A DNA stretch of 64,000 nucleotides from the NCBI RefSeq assembly GCF_963921235.1, contig NC_086097.1, forward strand, positions 54,374,001 through 54,438,000, written 5' to 3'. Positions within the stretch are counted from its first letter, which is position 1, and every line of letters starts with the position of its first letter. Below are positions 39,220-50,889 of this stretch, in pieces. The notes below the pieces were generated by a model. The model was not told where the DNA came from and did not search any database. It was given only the letters and a program-made list of their open reading frames with translations. This DNA is from Mobula hypostoma. Lineage: Eukaryota. Position numbers and translations under genes: made by a program.

Positions 39220-39724
39220 GTTAATTCTGATTCCCATTCCTGTTCAGAAATGTCAGTCTATGGCCTTCTCTTGTGCCGAGTTGAGGACACCCTCGGTGGA
39301 GGAGCAACATCTTGTATTCCATCTGGGTAGCTTCCTATCTGATGGCATGAATATTGATTTCTCCTTCTGGTTAAAAAGAAAAATACCCTCCCTCCTTCTT
39401 CTATTCCCTCTGATCTCTTACCTCTTCTCCTATCATCCCCCCCCCCCGCCGCCCCCTGGTCCCAGCCTCCTTCCCTTTCTCCTATGGTCCACTCTCTTCT
39501 CCTGACAGATTCCTTCCTCTCCAGCCCTTTATTTTTTCAACCCAGCTGGCTTCACCTATCACCCTCTAGCTGCCCTATTTCCCCTCCCCCACCTTTTTAT
39601 TCTGGCATCTTCCCACTTGCCTTCCAGCCCCGAAGAAGGGTCTTGGCCTGAAACGTCAACTGTTTCTTCATTTCCACAGGTGCTGCCTGACTTGTTGAGT
39701 TTCTCCAGGATTTGTGTGTGTTGC
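39220..39724 (+). mobile_element. Penelope-like 3' fragment (GIY-YIG tail plus terminal repeat)
   Basis: EEQHLVFHLGSFLSDGMNIDFS; hammerhead remnant CCGAAGA-AGGGTCTTGGCCT-GAAACGTC at about 39630-39657. Confidence 0.8.
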
Positions 39725-39915
39725 ACCTAATTAATACTTTTGTGCTTGTTGACAAAACAGGTTTATGCAGAAAATAATTGGTAAATAGGTTAATTCGAAA
39801 GGATGGGATGCTACACTGAAACCTATAACCAAATTCTGCCGTTATTATTTACAAAAATGGTATTGATTAATGAAAAATGATTGTAAAAATTTAAAACCAT
39901 GAAAGAAGAATGGAC

Positions 39916-40065
39916 GCGAGAAAATCTGCAGATGCTGGAGATTCAAAGCAACACCCACAAAACGTTGGAAGAACTCTGCAGGTCAGGCAGCATCTATGGA
40001 AAAGAGTAAACAGTAGATGTTTGGGGTGGAGACCCTTCATCAGGGCGGAATGAGAAACTCTTCCC
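39916..40065 (-). mobile_element. Short Penelope-derived insertion
   Basis: 13-bp TSD AAGAAGAATGGAC (39903-39915, 40066-40078). Confidence 0.75.
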
Positions 40066-40274
40066 AAGAAGAATGGACAATGTTGCAGCTTTAATGCACT
40101 ACATTTGAAGACTGTAACAAAAAAAAAGGATGTGTTGGTGCTGTTTTCTCAGCCTAATAAGCATCTGCAAACAGAGATGCATAACACATCCAGGCTGAGT
40201 TGCTTAATTGCATTGTGCTTGCCTTATAGAATTGTTCACTTTATATTCACGTCAAAAATAATCTTCACTAATAG

Positions 40275-40470
40275 AGCAACACACATCAAAGTTGCTGGTG
40301 AACGCAGCAGGCCAGGCAGCATCTCTAGGAAGAGGTACAGTCGATGTTTCAGGCCGAGACCCTTCGTCAAGGCTAGTCGACTGCACCTCTTCCTAGGCCT
40401 GCTGCGTTCACCAGCAACTTTGATGTGTATTGCTTGAATTTCCAGCATCTGCAGAATTCCTGTTGTTTGC
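40275..40470. mobile_element. Palindromic Penelope-derived element
   Basis: Near-perfect inverted arms of about 37 bp plus inner arms of about 20 bp around a hammerhead remnant. Confidence 0.75.
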
Positions 40471-40719
40471 ATCACTGATAGATAGATGTTTATGGAAGGT
40501 AACGCCATCTGGACTAATGATGGACCTAATCAGTACAGGCTGCATTAAGTATTTTAATTATTTGAATAAAACAAATGTATATGAAAAAAATTAGAACGTT
40601 AAAATGAAAATGAAGAGCTAGCCCATAGGGAAACCTGCACTATTTTTTAATTATCAGAGTGGGCCTTTAATTTCTATGTTTGATTTATGTTACTAGAGTG
40701 GACTGTAGAACTCCGGGAG

Positions 40720-41320
40720 AATTTTGCTGCCATGGAAAAGTGACGGTGGTCACGTGACGTGGCAGCTCGCCCCCTTGCCTGGGAATCGGCGCGGGCAACC
40801 GGCAGGCCGCGCTCTTGACCATTATGTCAACAGCACGGCTGCCGCTGACCAGAAGAAGCGGCAGAGGGTCACTGCCTCCCACTTTTTTATAAACATGGAC
40901 GGGTCAGTACGCCGCTGGGAGAACTGGCTGGAGGTTTCTTAAAAAAATAAATACGTATCACTAAGACCTCCGCTTCCAGTGAGGGCCCGACATCTCACGC
41001 ACGCGTGGTGTTTGGCGAGCGCTTAGCAACGGGCGAGGTGCGGGGATGGCGAGGATGGCGGCGCGCAACGCCGTGCGAATTACCCCGGGCCGCGGCCTCT
41101 CTGTGGCCGGCCCATGACGTAATGGTGTGTGCCAGGGCTGAGGAGCCAGCACCGGCGTCGGGGACGTGGCTAAAAATAAATTCAGCTGTGAAGTCGGCGA
41201 CTGCCGTCATTGCTGCACGGAGCAGCGCCAATAGAATGAGGAGCCGGGCCTGAGCTCACTGTGCCGAGGTTCGTGGGCAGGCGACGGAGTGTGGCCGTTG
41301 CAGTTGTAGTCGGGAGGAGT
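40720..41320 (+). promoter_or_regulatory. CpG island, probable SAMD4A promoter and non-coding first exon
   Basis: Sharp CpG/GC enrichment; GTCACGTGAC (40749-40758), ATGACGTAAT (41114-41123), CCAAT (41228-41232); about 1 kb upstream of the first coding exon. Confidence 0.75.
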
Positions 41321-42308
41321 TTTTGAGTCACATTGATTAATAATCTTAACACATGTTGCGTCTTTCATGTTGTTTTAGGAGGGGCTGGGAGGAGGGGAGT
41401 GGTGTTATCGTTTGGGATTAAAAGGCTTTTTTTAAAATGACCGAACCGTAGGTATTCTTTGAGTCCTAGTTTGGAATTAACTTTTCTAACGGTTTGAGGG
41501 CATCCATCGCCTTAAACTGAATTTTGAAACTCGCTTGTCTGTAAATTAAACTGTTACAGCTCTCTTGTGAAACCGCCTGTAGAGTTGCTGAGTTTCCGCA
41601 GTGTTAAATTAATATGTTTTAAGGACCAAGGCGACGGTTGCAGACGTTCGCGTATTTGAGCTTCGGGTGGATAGTTTATTTTGGTCTCAGTCAATCTGCA
41701 TTGGGCCTAAACCTAGAGGAATTGCGTTGCTCTGCATTGGTTTGGGAGATATCTAAATAATGTACTGATTGGCAATTAGTTATTCCATTCTCAGAAAATA
41801 AGTCGCTTCAGACCTTTGATATCTTTTCGTTTCGAGTCCATTTTATGTCGTTTTAGTTCATTATAAACCGAAAGGAACTGCTTCATTATAATATTAATGA
41901 TGTTGTTGCAGGAGCAGTGAAGTTTGAACAATTTATAATGTGATAATTAATTTAAATGGCTATCTTTAATTCCTTTCCAGTTTTGGCCATTCATGGAAAT
42001 GTAGGCGTTGAGTAAAATTGACATTGCGAGGAAAGAAGATCTAGAGCCAAAGATTTGCTAATTCGGACAGGTGATGTACTTATAGTGTCTGGTAGATTTT
42101 TATCCCACAATTTCCTTGAAGGAAGAGGGAACGTGTCAACAGTGACGTATTCTACAGAAAAGGAAAAAAATCGTAACTGGATCCACACACAAAAATGTGA
42201 CAACCCCTCCTCTACATGCTTCAGAGCTTGATTTTATTTTCGTGACGGGGTGACTCGTGTTGAAGAATCCCAACGAAATAAACCAGCAGAGTGCTGAGAT
42301 TCTCAATT

Positions 42309-42504
42309 ATGATGTTTCGAGATCAAGTCGGTGTTTTGGCAGGGTGGTTTAAAGGTTGGAATGAATGTGAACAAACTGTAGCTTTGTTGTCCTTATTGAA
42401 ACGAGTGAGCCGGACCCAGGCTCGTTTCCTTCAGATTTGTCTAGAGCATTCTTTGTCCGATTGCACCGAGCTTCACGTTCTCGAGGGAGAGGCAAATGAT
42501 GCTG
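42309..42504 (+). CDS. SAMD4A: Protein Smaug homolog 1, first coding exon (196 nt); remaining exons beyond the window
   Basis: [65 protein letters not shown]; GTAAGT donor. Adjacency to CGRRF1 supports paralog A. Confidence 0.96.
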
Positions 42505-45500
42505 GTAAGTTTAACGCAACCAATATTTTTTCTTATCTCGTATTGAGATATGTAAAATAGTAATCTAATATCCAAACGCAGTTTATGTCTGATAATTGGC
42601 AACTGGTAAAATTAATTGCGGTGTACAAGCAGCACCGTATTAACGTAAAAGAGTAAAACGCTTTGATGCGTCTTGTTCTGCAATTTCCTGTGCAATAATC
42701 CAGTCATGTCACGTAGAGTCTGGGTATCCTGTGCTTTCTGGACAACGTGGCTTGGTTTCTTTTCTGATTCTAGTGGTTAGATGCAGCTTTTTTTTTCTAT
42801 ATCGCAACAAATCCAGAAACTGATTACATAGATTAACAATTTTTCAATTTAAATGAATCACAATTTTATCTTAGCCGACATCTAAAAGGTTGGTGTTTAA
42901 ATCACTATTGGGACTATGTCAAGGAAACGATACCTTTTCATGCAAGAATTGAAGCAATTTCTTAGTCGACTTCTGTTTAAAAATAAAATATCAAATGAAA
43001 GGCCCTTGTTATTCAGGAAACAAGTGAATATTTAATATGCAGACCATGTTTGGAGAGAGATGCATCATGATACTTGCAGAAGCTGCAAATGTAAATACTG
43101 TTTGGAGAATGAAAAATCCTTATTCTGTTTTACTCTGTGTGACAGGATTGAATTATATAACATTGCAACCTGGAAAAATTCCACCCCCATAATTGTTTAA
43201 TTATGTGTATCTTACGGATTTTTTTTCTAGGAATACAAAGGGTGTATTGGGGAAAAGTTGTAGAAGTCCGTGTTCACCGATTGGTGGAAATCTTTAAGCT
43301 TGATTGCAGTCAAATACTGAACAGAGCCCTTAGTGTTTACTCAGAGAAAAGAATGCACAGTCCTCTTCCAGCTGTTCCATATTAGAACACGGAGCCTGCA
43401 AGACTTGGCAGCTGTCTGTACTGCCATTTGCTGACAGCCCCCAGTACTATGGTCTGCTGCTAGGATATTTATGTGTGCATTCAGCATGTACTCTAGTCTG
43501 TGGCTCTGAGATCATATTGGGGGATGGGAAAGTAGATTTTGAATATTTTAGTGGCTGTACTTTGATTTAGGATATACAAGGGTCAAGAACACAGCGAAAA
43601 ACACTTGATATTCTGCTCTCAAAAATGCATCAGTAGTTGAATCAAGAAATTTAGGATACAGTAAGGATGGAACAATCTGAGGTACTCAGTTAAGTGCCTC
43701 AACTGGATTTTTATCCCATGACTAATGCATAGTTTCATGTAAAAGATAAAACATCATGAAAGTTTGTCGTTGAAACAGAGACTCAAATGGATGTTGTATT
43801 TGTTACCAGTGGTTCCTGTATTCATGAACTTTGATGTAAAGACTGCACTGAGTGGAACCCTGCAATGAAAGGTTACAAATTTTTTTTTAATACATTTTTC
43901 CTGTCCTATTCAGATTGGAATTGGATTATACCTAGTAAGCCAAAGTGGACACCTAATGCAGATATTTGTATTCAAATTTGCAAGAAAGTGAAATTCTGTA
44001 TTCAGGTTTGAGTACAATATTCAGTTTTAAAAAGACTTAAAACCTTTACACGACTGAAAAAAATGTGGAAACTTGAAAAATAGGTATAACTCTGATTTTT
44101 GAGTAGTTAAGTATAACTATTATTTAAAAAATTCAATGCAGCTGGTGGAATAAGGGACTGCTGACAAATAACAAATAGATTTGGGGTATAATTAGGGCCT
44201 TAAACAGCTCTGAAAGGATGTAGGATAATGTAACTAATTTGGGGTGAAATGTTCACTTAGGGTTGAATTAATAGTTAAAGTTGTACAATGTCATCATTGG
44301 TCATTGGGATGCTGGGAGACCATTCAGCTTGTGCAGTTCATGCTGAGTCCTTTCAAAGTGATTTAGTAAGTCCTAGTATTTCTGTAAATCATTTTCTTGA
44401 AATGCCTTTTCAGTGTCCTGCAATTATTACACATTAAAACAGGCTCTTCGGCCCACCATATTCACGCCAACCATCAGGAACCAATCTCTGCAAATCTCAT
44501 TTGAGCATTTTGTCAAGAGTTCAAGTGTTTGTGTAGGTACATAAACATTGTGGGAATACCTGCCTCCACCAGTCATTCAGTCAAATTCTTACAGATTCCA
44601 ACAACCTTCTGTGGAGATGGCTCTTGCTCTGATTCGAACTAAACATCTTACCCCTTAGCCTAAACCTGACCTTTCTATTTCCATCACCATTGTAGGCAAC
44701 CTGTTTCAGCTCATTGCATCAAGATGAGCAAAAAAGAATTCTTGACTCCTTTTATTTGGTATTGCTTTAAATACTTGAGCTTAATCTTTTGATACTCATT
44801 ACTAGTGTAATTGTGTTGAGCTCCATTGTAAACATCAGTTAAATAAATGTCCATAGTCTTTGACAATGGAGTTCTGTGGATTTTAGATTTTTAATTTTTT
44901 GTGATGTTGGTATGACTCATTATGTAAGATTTATGCTTGTCCTGCACTAAAAAATACAGTATTATTCATTTCTGTATTTCCCTAAACCTCTCATGAGTTG
45001 AAACTTGCACAAATTAGCTTTCACCCTTCTATATTCAAGGCAACTCTATGCCACCTGTTGTCATGATAGTCTGATAATTGGAATAATAAAACTGACAATA
45101 TTATCTGTTTGCCATTATACTGTATAATCAACAGCAACTTTAGGTTTCCCATGCTTTCTGCTTTTACAGCAATGTGAAGTTAAGCTATTTTGTTTGCAGA
45201 CATTTTATTCCAAATGAAGGAAAATTGCTGACATTATTTTGAATTTAAGGTATTTGGAATATAATTTCCACATTAACACACTAAAAATTGTGAATTCTGT
45301 TGCCTGAGATTAAAATGGGTTTTTTCATTTGTATTAAATTTTAATTTAAACTCTTGGCAAATTTTATGTATGAGTATTGTTATTCCTATGCATAACTAAA
45401 TTCAAAAGGTTTCTAAAAATATATTTCAGCATCTACATGTATGTGTAATAAATATTCCAATAATTACTGTGCTCTGTAAATTGTTTAGAAGTTGAATAAA

Positions 45501-47067
45501 ATTGCCTTCCTGCTTTAGTGTCAGAGAATTTTTTCAATGGGATGGGCAATAATCCTATTAAATTGCCATTGTAAACTAAGGGTCTGCTGGAAATGGCCCC
45601 TTTTATATAAAAAAAAATTGCAGGTTTTTACTATGGCTAGATCTTTCTCAAAAGTTGTCCTTTGCAGGGTCAGTGATAATTTGCTATTGCTTCATAACTT
45701 TCCACAAACTTGAATTCAAATATTCTTTTTCTAAGACTACCCAAAGCTGAGGAAAGGTACATTCCAATCTTACTACAACTGGAGCATCATTTAATTACTT
45801 GTGAATTTCAGTCTCCTCAAGTTAAAGTCATTCTTTCAGTATTCCACTATTTCTTTATCCTATTTGACTTGTATTTGACTTCTGAGAATTAATTGCCTTT
45901 TAGATAACATAGCTCCTGTGTCTTCCATCAAACGTCTCAGATGTTCATTGAAAAAATATTGTTACAGAATTGGAGCGTTTTTTGTAGATGACAAACACTT
46001 TAGTTAAAGAGTTTAGTCTTCATATTTATCCGTTGTTGTTACAAGACTTGTCCTTATTAGCTGAAGCTATGACAGTTAAAATGGAGCAGTAAAATGGAAG
46101 AACACAGGGTTGAAAGCTGTGGAGCAAATGTTGGTAAATGGAGTGAGTACAGATGGGTACTTGATGGTCACATGGACTTCGGGCTGAAGAGTTTGCTTCT
46201 GTACTCTAATGACAAAGCTGTTATAGAACTGGAGAAGATTAGAGATGGAGTGCAAGGCCATGTACAGATTTTGAAAACAATGAAAATTTGAAAATTGATT
46301 TGTTTATTGGGAACTGGAATTATTTTGGTGAGCAAAAGTGCAATGGGTAATTTGGTAGAAGATGGGTTACAGATCTCCAAGACTTCATTTATGAAGCTTG
46401 CAGCGTGGGAAACTAGCTAGGAGTTCATTAATATTTTTAGGTATGGAGGAACCAAGGGATGGTTGAGTAACTGGTGGTCTTGGGTAAAGGCAATATCAAG
46501 ATGTATTGGATATGGAAGTAAATAGTTATAGTGACCGCATGAGTTCTGAAGTTGGCCTCAGAATCAGGAATGACACCAAAGGGCAAGTATGCTAGTTTTG
46601 TTTCCGCTACATAAGGGGAAGGATGGGTATTATTGGCTAAGAATGGCATGATGGGGATCAAACATTCTCAAAAAGAGGAAAATTTGTGTTCCAGTATTGG
46701 GTGGCAGGCAAGAAATGTGTTGTTCAAGATAGTGAAGTAAGTTTAACTGGCACATGTGAAAATTAAAAGTGCACGATGTTGGTGAGAGCTTGTATTATGT
46801 GATAAGCTAATGAATTCCAGAGGTGCTGTAATTGTGCGAGAATTGATAGAAGAGCAATCACACTGTACAAGAATATACTGGTAAAATGTAGTTGCATTCA
46901 CTGGTGGAAAGACATTCTTATCAAATAAGGCAGATGGGTCAAAAAGGATAAGGAGTGATTGTGACAAGCTATTAAATAAAGTTTTTTTAAAAAAAGGGCT
47001 GTGTACAGAAAATTACTTGGAGGGATTCAAGCATAGGTTAATGAGCAAAAAGCTGAAACATATTAAG

Positions 47068-47165
47068 ACCCTGATGAAGGGTCTCGGCCTGAAACGTCGA
47101 CTGTACCTCTTCCTTCAGATGCTGCCTGGCCTGCTACGTTCACCAGCAACTTTGTGTGTTGCTTA
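47068..47165 (+). mobile_element. 98-bp Penelope-derived insertion beginning at the hammerhead core
   Basis: 12-bp TSD AAACATATTAAG (47056-47067, 47166-47177); CTGATGA-AGGGTCTCGGCCT-GAAACGTC-GACT from 47071. Confidence 0.82.
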
Positions 47166-47749
47166 AAACATATTAAGTGTTCTTTTTTTTAAGAGCAAGG
47201 AGTTTGAATGGGATTGTTAGCTTTCGAGGATATAGTAATCAACTTTTTTTTTACAATGGGAGAGTTGATGCCAAATTTGAAAAGAGCAGTATCTTGGGAA
47301 AGAGAACCTTAACTTTGGCTAATTTGGAGATCAGGATGAAGATGATCAGTCAGCAATTCATGACTGAAAGTTATGTCAGCACTTTGGCCTTGTAGTTTGG
47401 TGCAATAAACATAGAAAAAGTTAAGAGTTTGCAGCTTAGACAGGGATTTGTCTAATAGGTGAGGATAGACAAAGGAACTAGTGGAGACAACTAACAACTT
47501 TTAAATGACTGAAATTAAGCTCTTTGGAGGAAGATTCATATTCTGGAATTTAAAGCTGTTTGAGAAATTCATTTAAAATAATTAAATTGTCTTCATTTAA
47601 ACAAAGCTATTTTCATTTTTGTGTTTGGGCGATGAAGTTTTTTACATTAGAGGTGCTCTAATGTAGAGAAATACAGCAGTTTGTGTGCTCACCAAAACAT
47701 GCTATAGACAATGAGACAAATGATCAGAAAATGGCTTGAATTTTAGACA

Positions 47750-48565
47750 GATAGATATACTTTATTAATCCCGAGGGAAATTTGATTTTGTTACAGCTGC
47801 ACCAACCAAGAATAGAGCGTAAATATAGCAATACAAAAACCACAAACAATGAAACAACAAAATGCAAACTATGCCAGATGGAAAATAAGTCCAAGACCAG
47901 TCTATTGGCTCAGGGTGTCTGACCCTCCACAGGAGGAGCTGCAAAATTCGATGGCCACAGGCAGGAATGACCTCCCGTGCTGCCAAGTGTTGTATCACGG
48001 TGGAATGTGGCCGAAGTCCAACAGTAAAAAGTTCAATATCCGGTCTACAAACACGTTCCTCGATTGTAATATGACCCGGATTGCACCATCTGTTGTTAAC
48101 CAGATCAGTAAGCACCCAACTCCTTTACGCTTACCACTCTCAGTGCACTTCCGGTCAGACGGAACGGTATTACCCACCGGAACTCCTCTTCTCCATAAGT
48201 CTCTGTTGTCTCGACCCGGTCCTCTTTCCTCGACTTTGTGATCCCCCTCTGCATCCTCTGTGTGTTTTCCTCTGGTTTTCAGCAGGGGTGTCCGCCGCTC
48301 TGCTCGCTAAACTGGCCGGCATTAGCTGGTCCCTGGAATACACAATGCGACCTTGCTTCTGTCCCACATGTCGAGATGTATCTATTTCCAGCGCTTAAAA
48401 AAAAACCCAAATAAAACAATCTCTACCGGCATGTTAGAGAGGGTGCAGCTTCAACATGTTACTGTGAGGAAAAAAAAAATACAAAAAATAAAGTAAGTTT
48501 AAAAAGTAGGAAGAAGAAAGTAAGAATAGATCGAACAGCTGTACCAGGCTGCATGCACGAGCGGC
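47750..48565 (-). mobile_element. Internally deleted Rex1-like retroelement
   Basis: RIVYSRDQL...RGCRGG and DRKCTESGKRKGVG (endonuclease N-terminal motifs) joined to a 3' AATAAAGTATATCTATCT tail. Confidence 0.6.
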
Positions 48566-49959
48566 GTTTAATAAAATTAAGCATAAAATTTTGCATTGGC
48601 GGTGATGACAATCCAAAGCATTTGCAGGAGCTACATATTGAAAATGGCTTGTGTATAGGCATAGTTATACAAAGAACTGCATTTAATGATCTCCTGCTAT
48701 ACTGTTTGTCTCTTTCTCTATGTAATTAATGATGCTGCTATGTTAAATTTTAATAAAAAGTTACAAGCTATTTTCGTTAGAAAATGATACGGAAATTTTG
48801 CACATTGGGTGAGATACGACTTTAATGGCATAATTGTTTACAATTATAGTTCAGCGAACTTTCTGATCATAAATTAAGCAAAAAATTTTAATTCTTTAAA
48901 ATTATTTTTTAATTCTAATATCGTATTAAAATGTTTGTAATATTTAATTTTTTTTCCTTTTTTGTTCAAGAAATCTTCAGTACATTTAGTTGATTAGCCA
49001 GCTTGATGTAAGTTGATACTTGGGAGCTTTGGAACATAGTGATTGCCTGTACCACAGAAGTCACTAGACCACTGGGGCTAGATTTGGATTTCTTCTAAAC
49101 TCCATGGTGATCATTGTTGTTTTAGTACCAATGGTAAGATATATACCAACTTGCTTTGAAAAGTTGGTTGAGGGATACATGCTGCTAAATTGCCAGTAAA
49201 ATGTGTCGAAAAATAGTTCCTTTTTAGTTTTGTGTTGTATTGCTCACAAATGCTGATAGTTCTGTCGGTATGAAAACTACAAATTCCAGGCTATTATCTA
49301 ATCATTTTCCTCAGATCATCAAATGATTTGTTTTTTGTCTCTTTAGTGTACTTTGTACAGTAAAGTGCAAGCCTGAATTATTGGATCCACACTCTAACGG
49401 TTGTGGATCCCACAACCTAATGAAACTTGGGCAACTTGAGGCAGAAATTTCTTATTTCAGACAACTTTATTTTGTATTCAAAGATTGATATTTATACTTT
49501 ATAATGAATATTGAGGAAATTGAGATTTCCTATTTCATTAATTATTATGATTTAAAGCACTTGTATTGAAATTCATTGGTTGCAATGAAAATACTTACAC
49601 TGGTTAGTAGTTCAATTTACTTTTTTCCAATTTCTTTAGTTCATGCAAGCATTGCTCTGTTGAATTATGACTAATGTATTGGGAAGATTTTTTTTGTTAC
49701 GTTGAAAATGCTACTTTGATTCACAGTAATTCAACTTTGGGTTTTATTGGTGCTGCATCAGTTTAGATGTACGTTTAAGATTTTGAGTTTTATGCACTTA
49801 ACGATTTTTTGTGAAAAGCTCACTTCAGTGGGCAGAATATCAGCAGTGTCATTGCCTGGTCTCTACCTACATTATAGAAATACAATAACTGCTTAATGCA
49901 AGCTTATGATATGTTTAGCTTTTAATTTATTAAGTGTGATTGCGCTGGCGTAATTCCAG

Positions 49960-50520
49960 TCGACAAAGTCAAAGGCCAGTTTATTATCAAATGCATAAGT
50001 ACATGTATGCAAAGGTGCAATGAAAAACTTGCTTGTAGCACCATTACTGGCACATAGCATCATATAGGCAGTATTCATAAGAATAACAAATTATGTACAA
50101 GTTTTGTAAGAGAAAAAGCTGAATTGGAACCAAAAAGTCAATTTTAGTGCAAAATAATTACTGTTTCTGAACTGCAGTGGCGACTTGGGTTTTGCCAGTT
50201 GTTTTAAGAATAACTTTTTTGAAGGGAAGTGGCTGTTATTGAACCTTGTGGTGCTAGACTTTAGGCTCCCTTACCTCCTGCCTGATTGTGTAAAGATGGC
50301 ATGACCTGGATTGTGGGGATCTTTGGATGTGCTTTCTTGAGGGAATACATCCAGTGTTGTGCCCATGATGTAATGGGCAAAATCCACTACTCTCTGTAGC
50401 TCCTTATGCTCCTGAGCATTGGAATTGTCATACTAGACCATGATGCAACTGTGCAGGATGCTTTCAACAGTACACCTGTGCAAGTTTGTTGGAGTGTTTG
50501 AGAACAAGTCAAACCTCCCT
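49960..50520 (-). mobile_element. Old Rex1-like 3' fragment
   Basis: Remnant of YRCTVESILHSCIMVW and FP/AI terminal motifs with an AATAAAC tail. Confidence 0.55.
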
Positions 50521-50889
50521 CCTTTTTTATGCCATGGGCTAATGCCATTAAGCGAAGGGTCTGTGGACCCCAGATTGGGAGCCCCTGTTCTGTGGGAAGC
50601 ACATCAATGTCTTTATTATGGTTGTATCTATGTCTAGGCTCAGAACAGATCACTTGACAGGAGATTAATGCCGTTGACTCTGTCCATCAGTGAACTTCCA
50701 CTGTAAACTGTTAACCTTCCTTCCCCATTCTGGCATTGGTTTTGCTGACGTTGAGAGTGGTTGTTGCGGTACCACGCATCCAGCTGTCCTACCTCACTCT
50801 AGTTTGCAACTTATTGCTGTGGTGCTTTTGGCAAATATAAAAATAGGATTGGAGCTGTGGGTTCTTGTGGCTGTGTCACATAACTAATT

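Noticed and set aside
40685-41253. Several ORFs over the CpG island
   Set aside because: GC-rich stop-poor sequence with no recognisable protein.
3274-47165. Recurrent GCAGCAGGCCAGGCAGCATC repeats as a CRISPR-like array
   Set aside because: Dispersed, both orientations, variable TSDs, eukaryotic context; they are retroelement termini.
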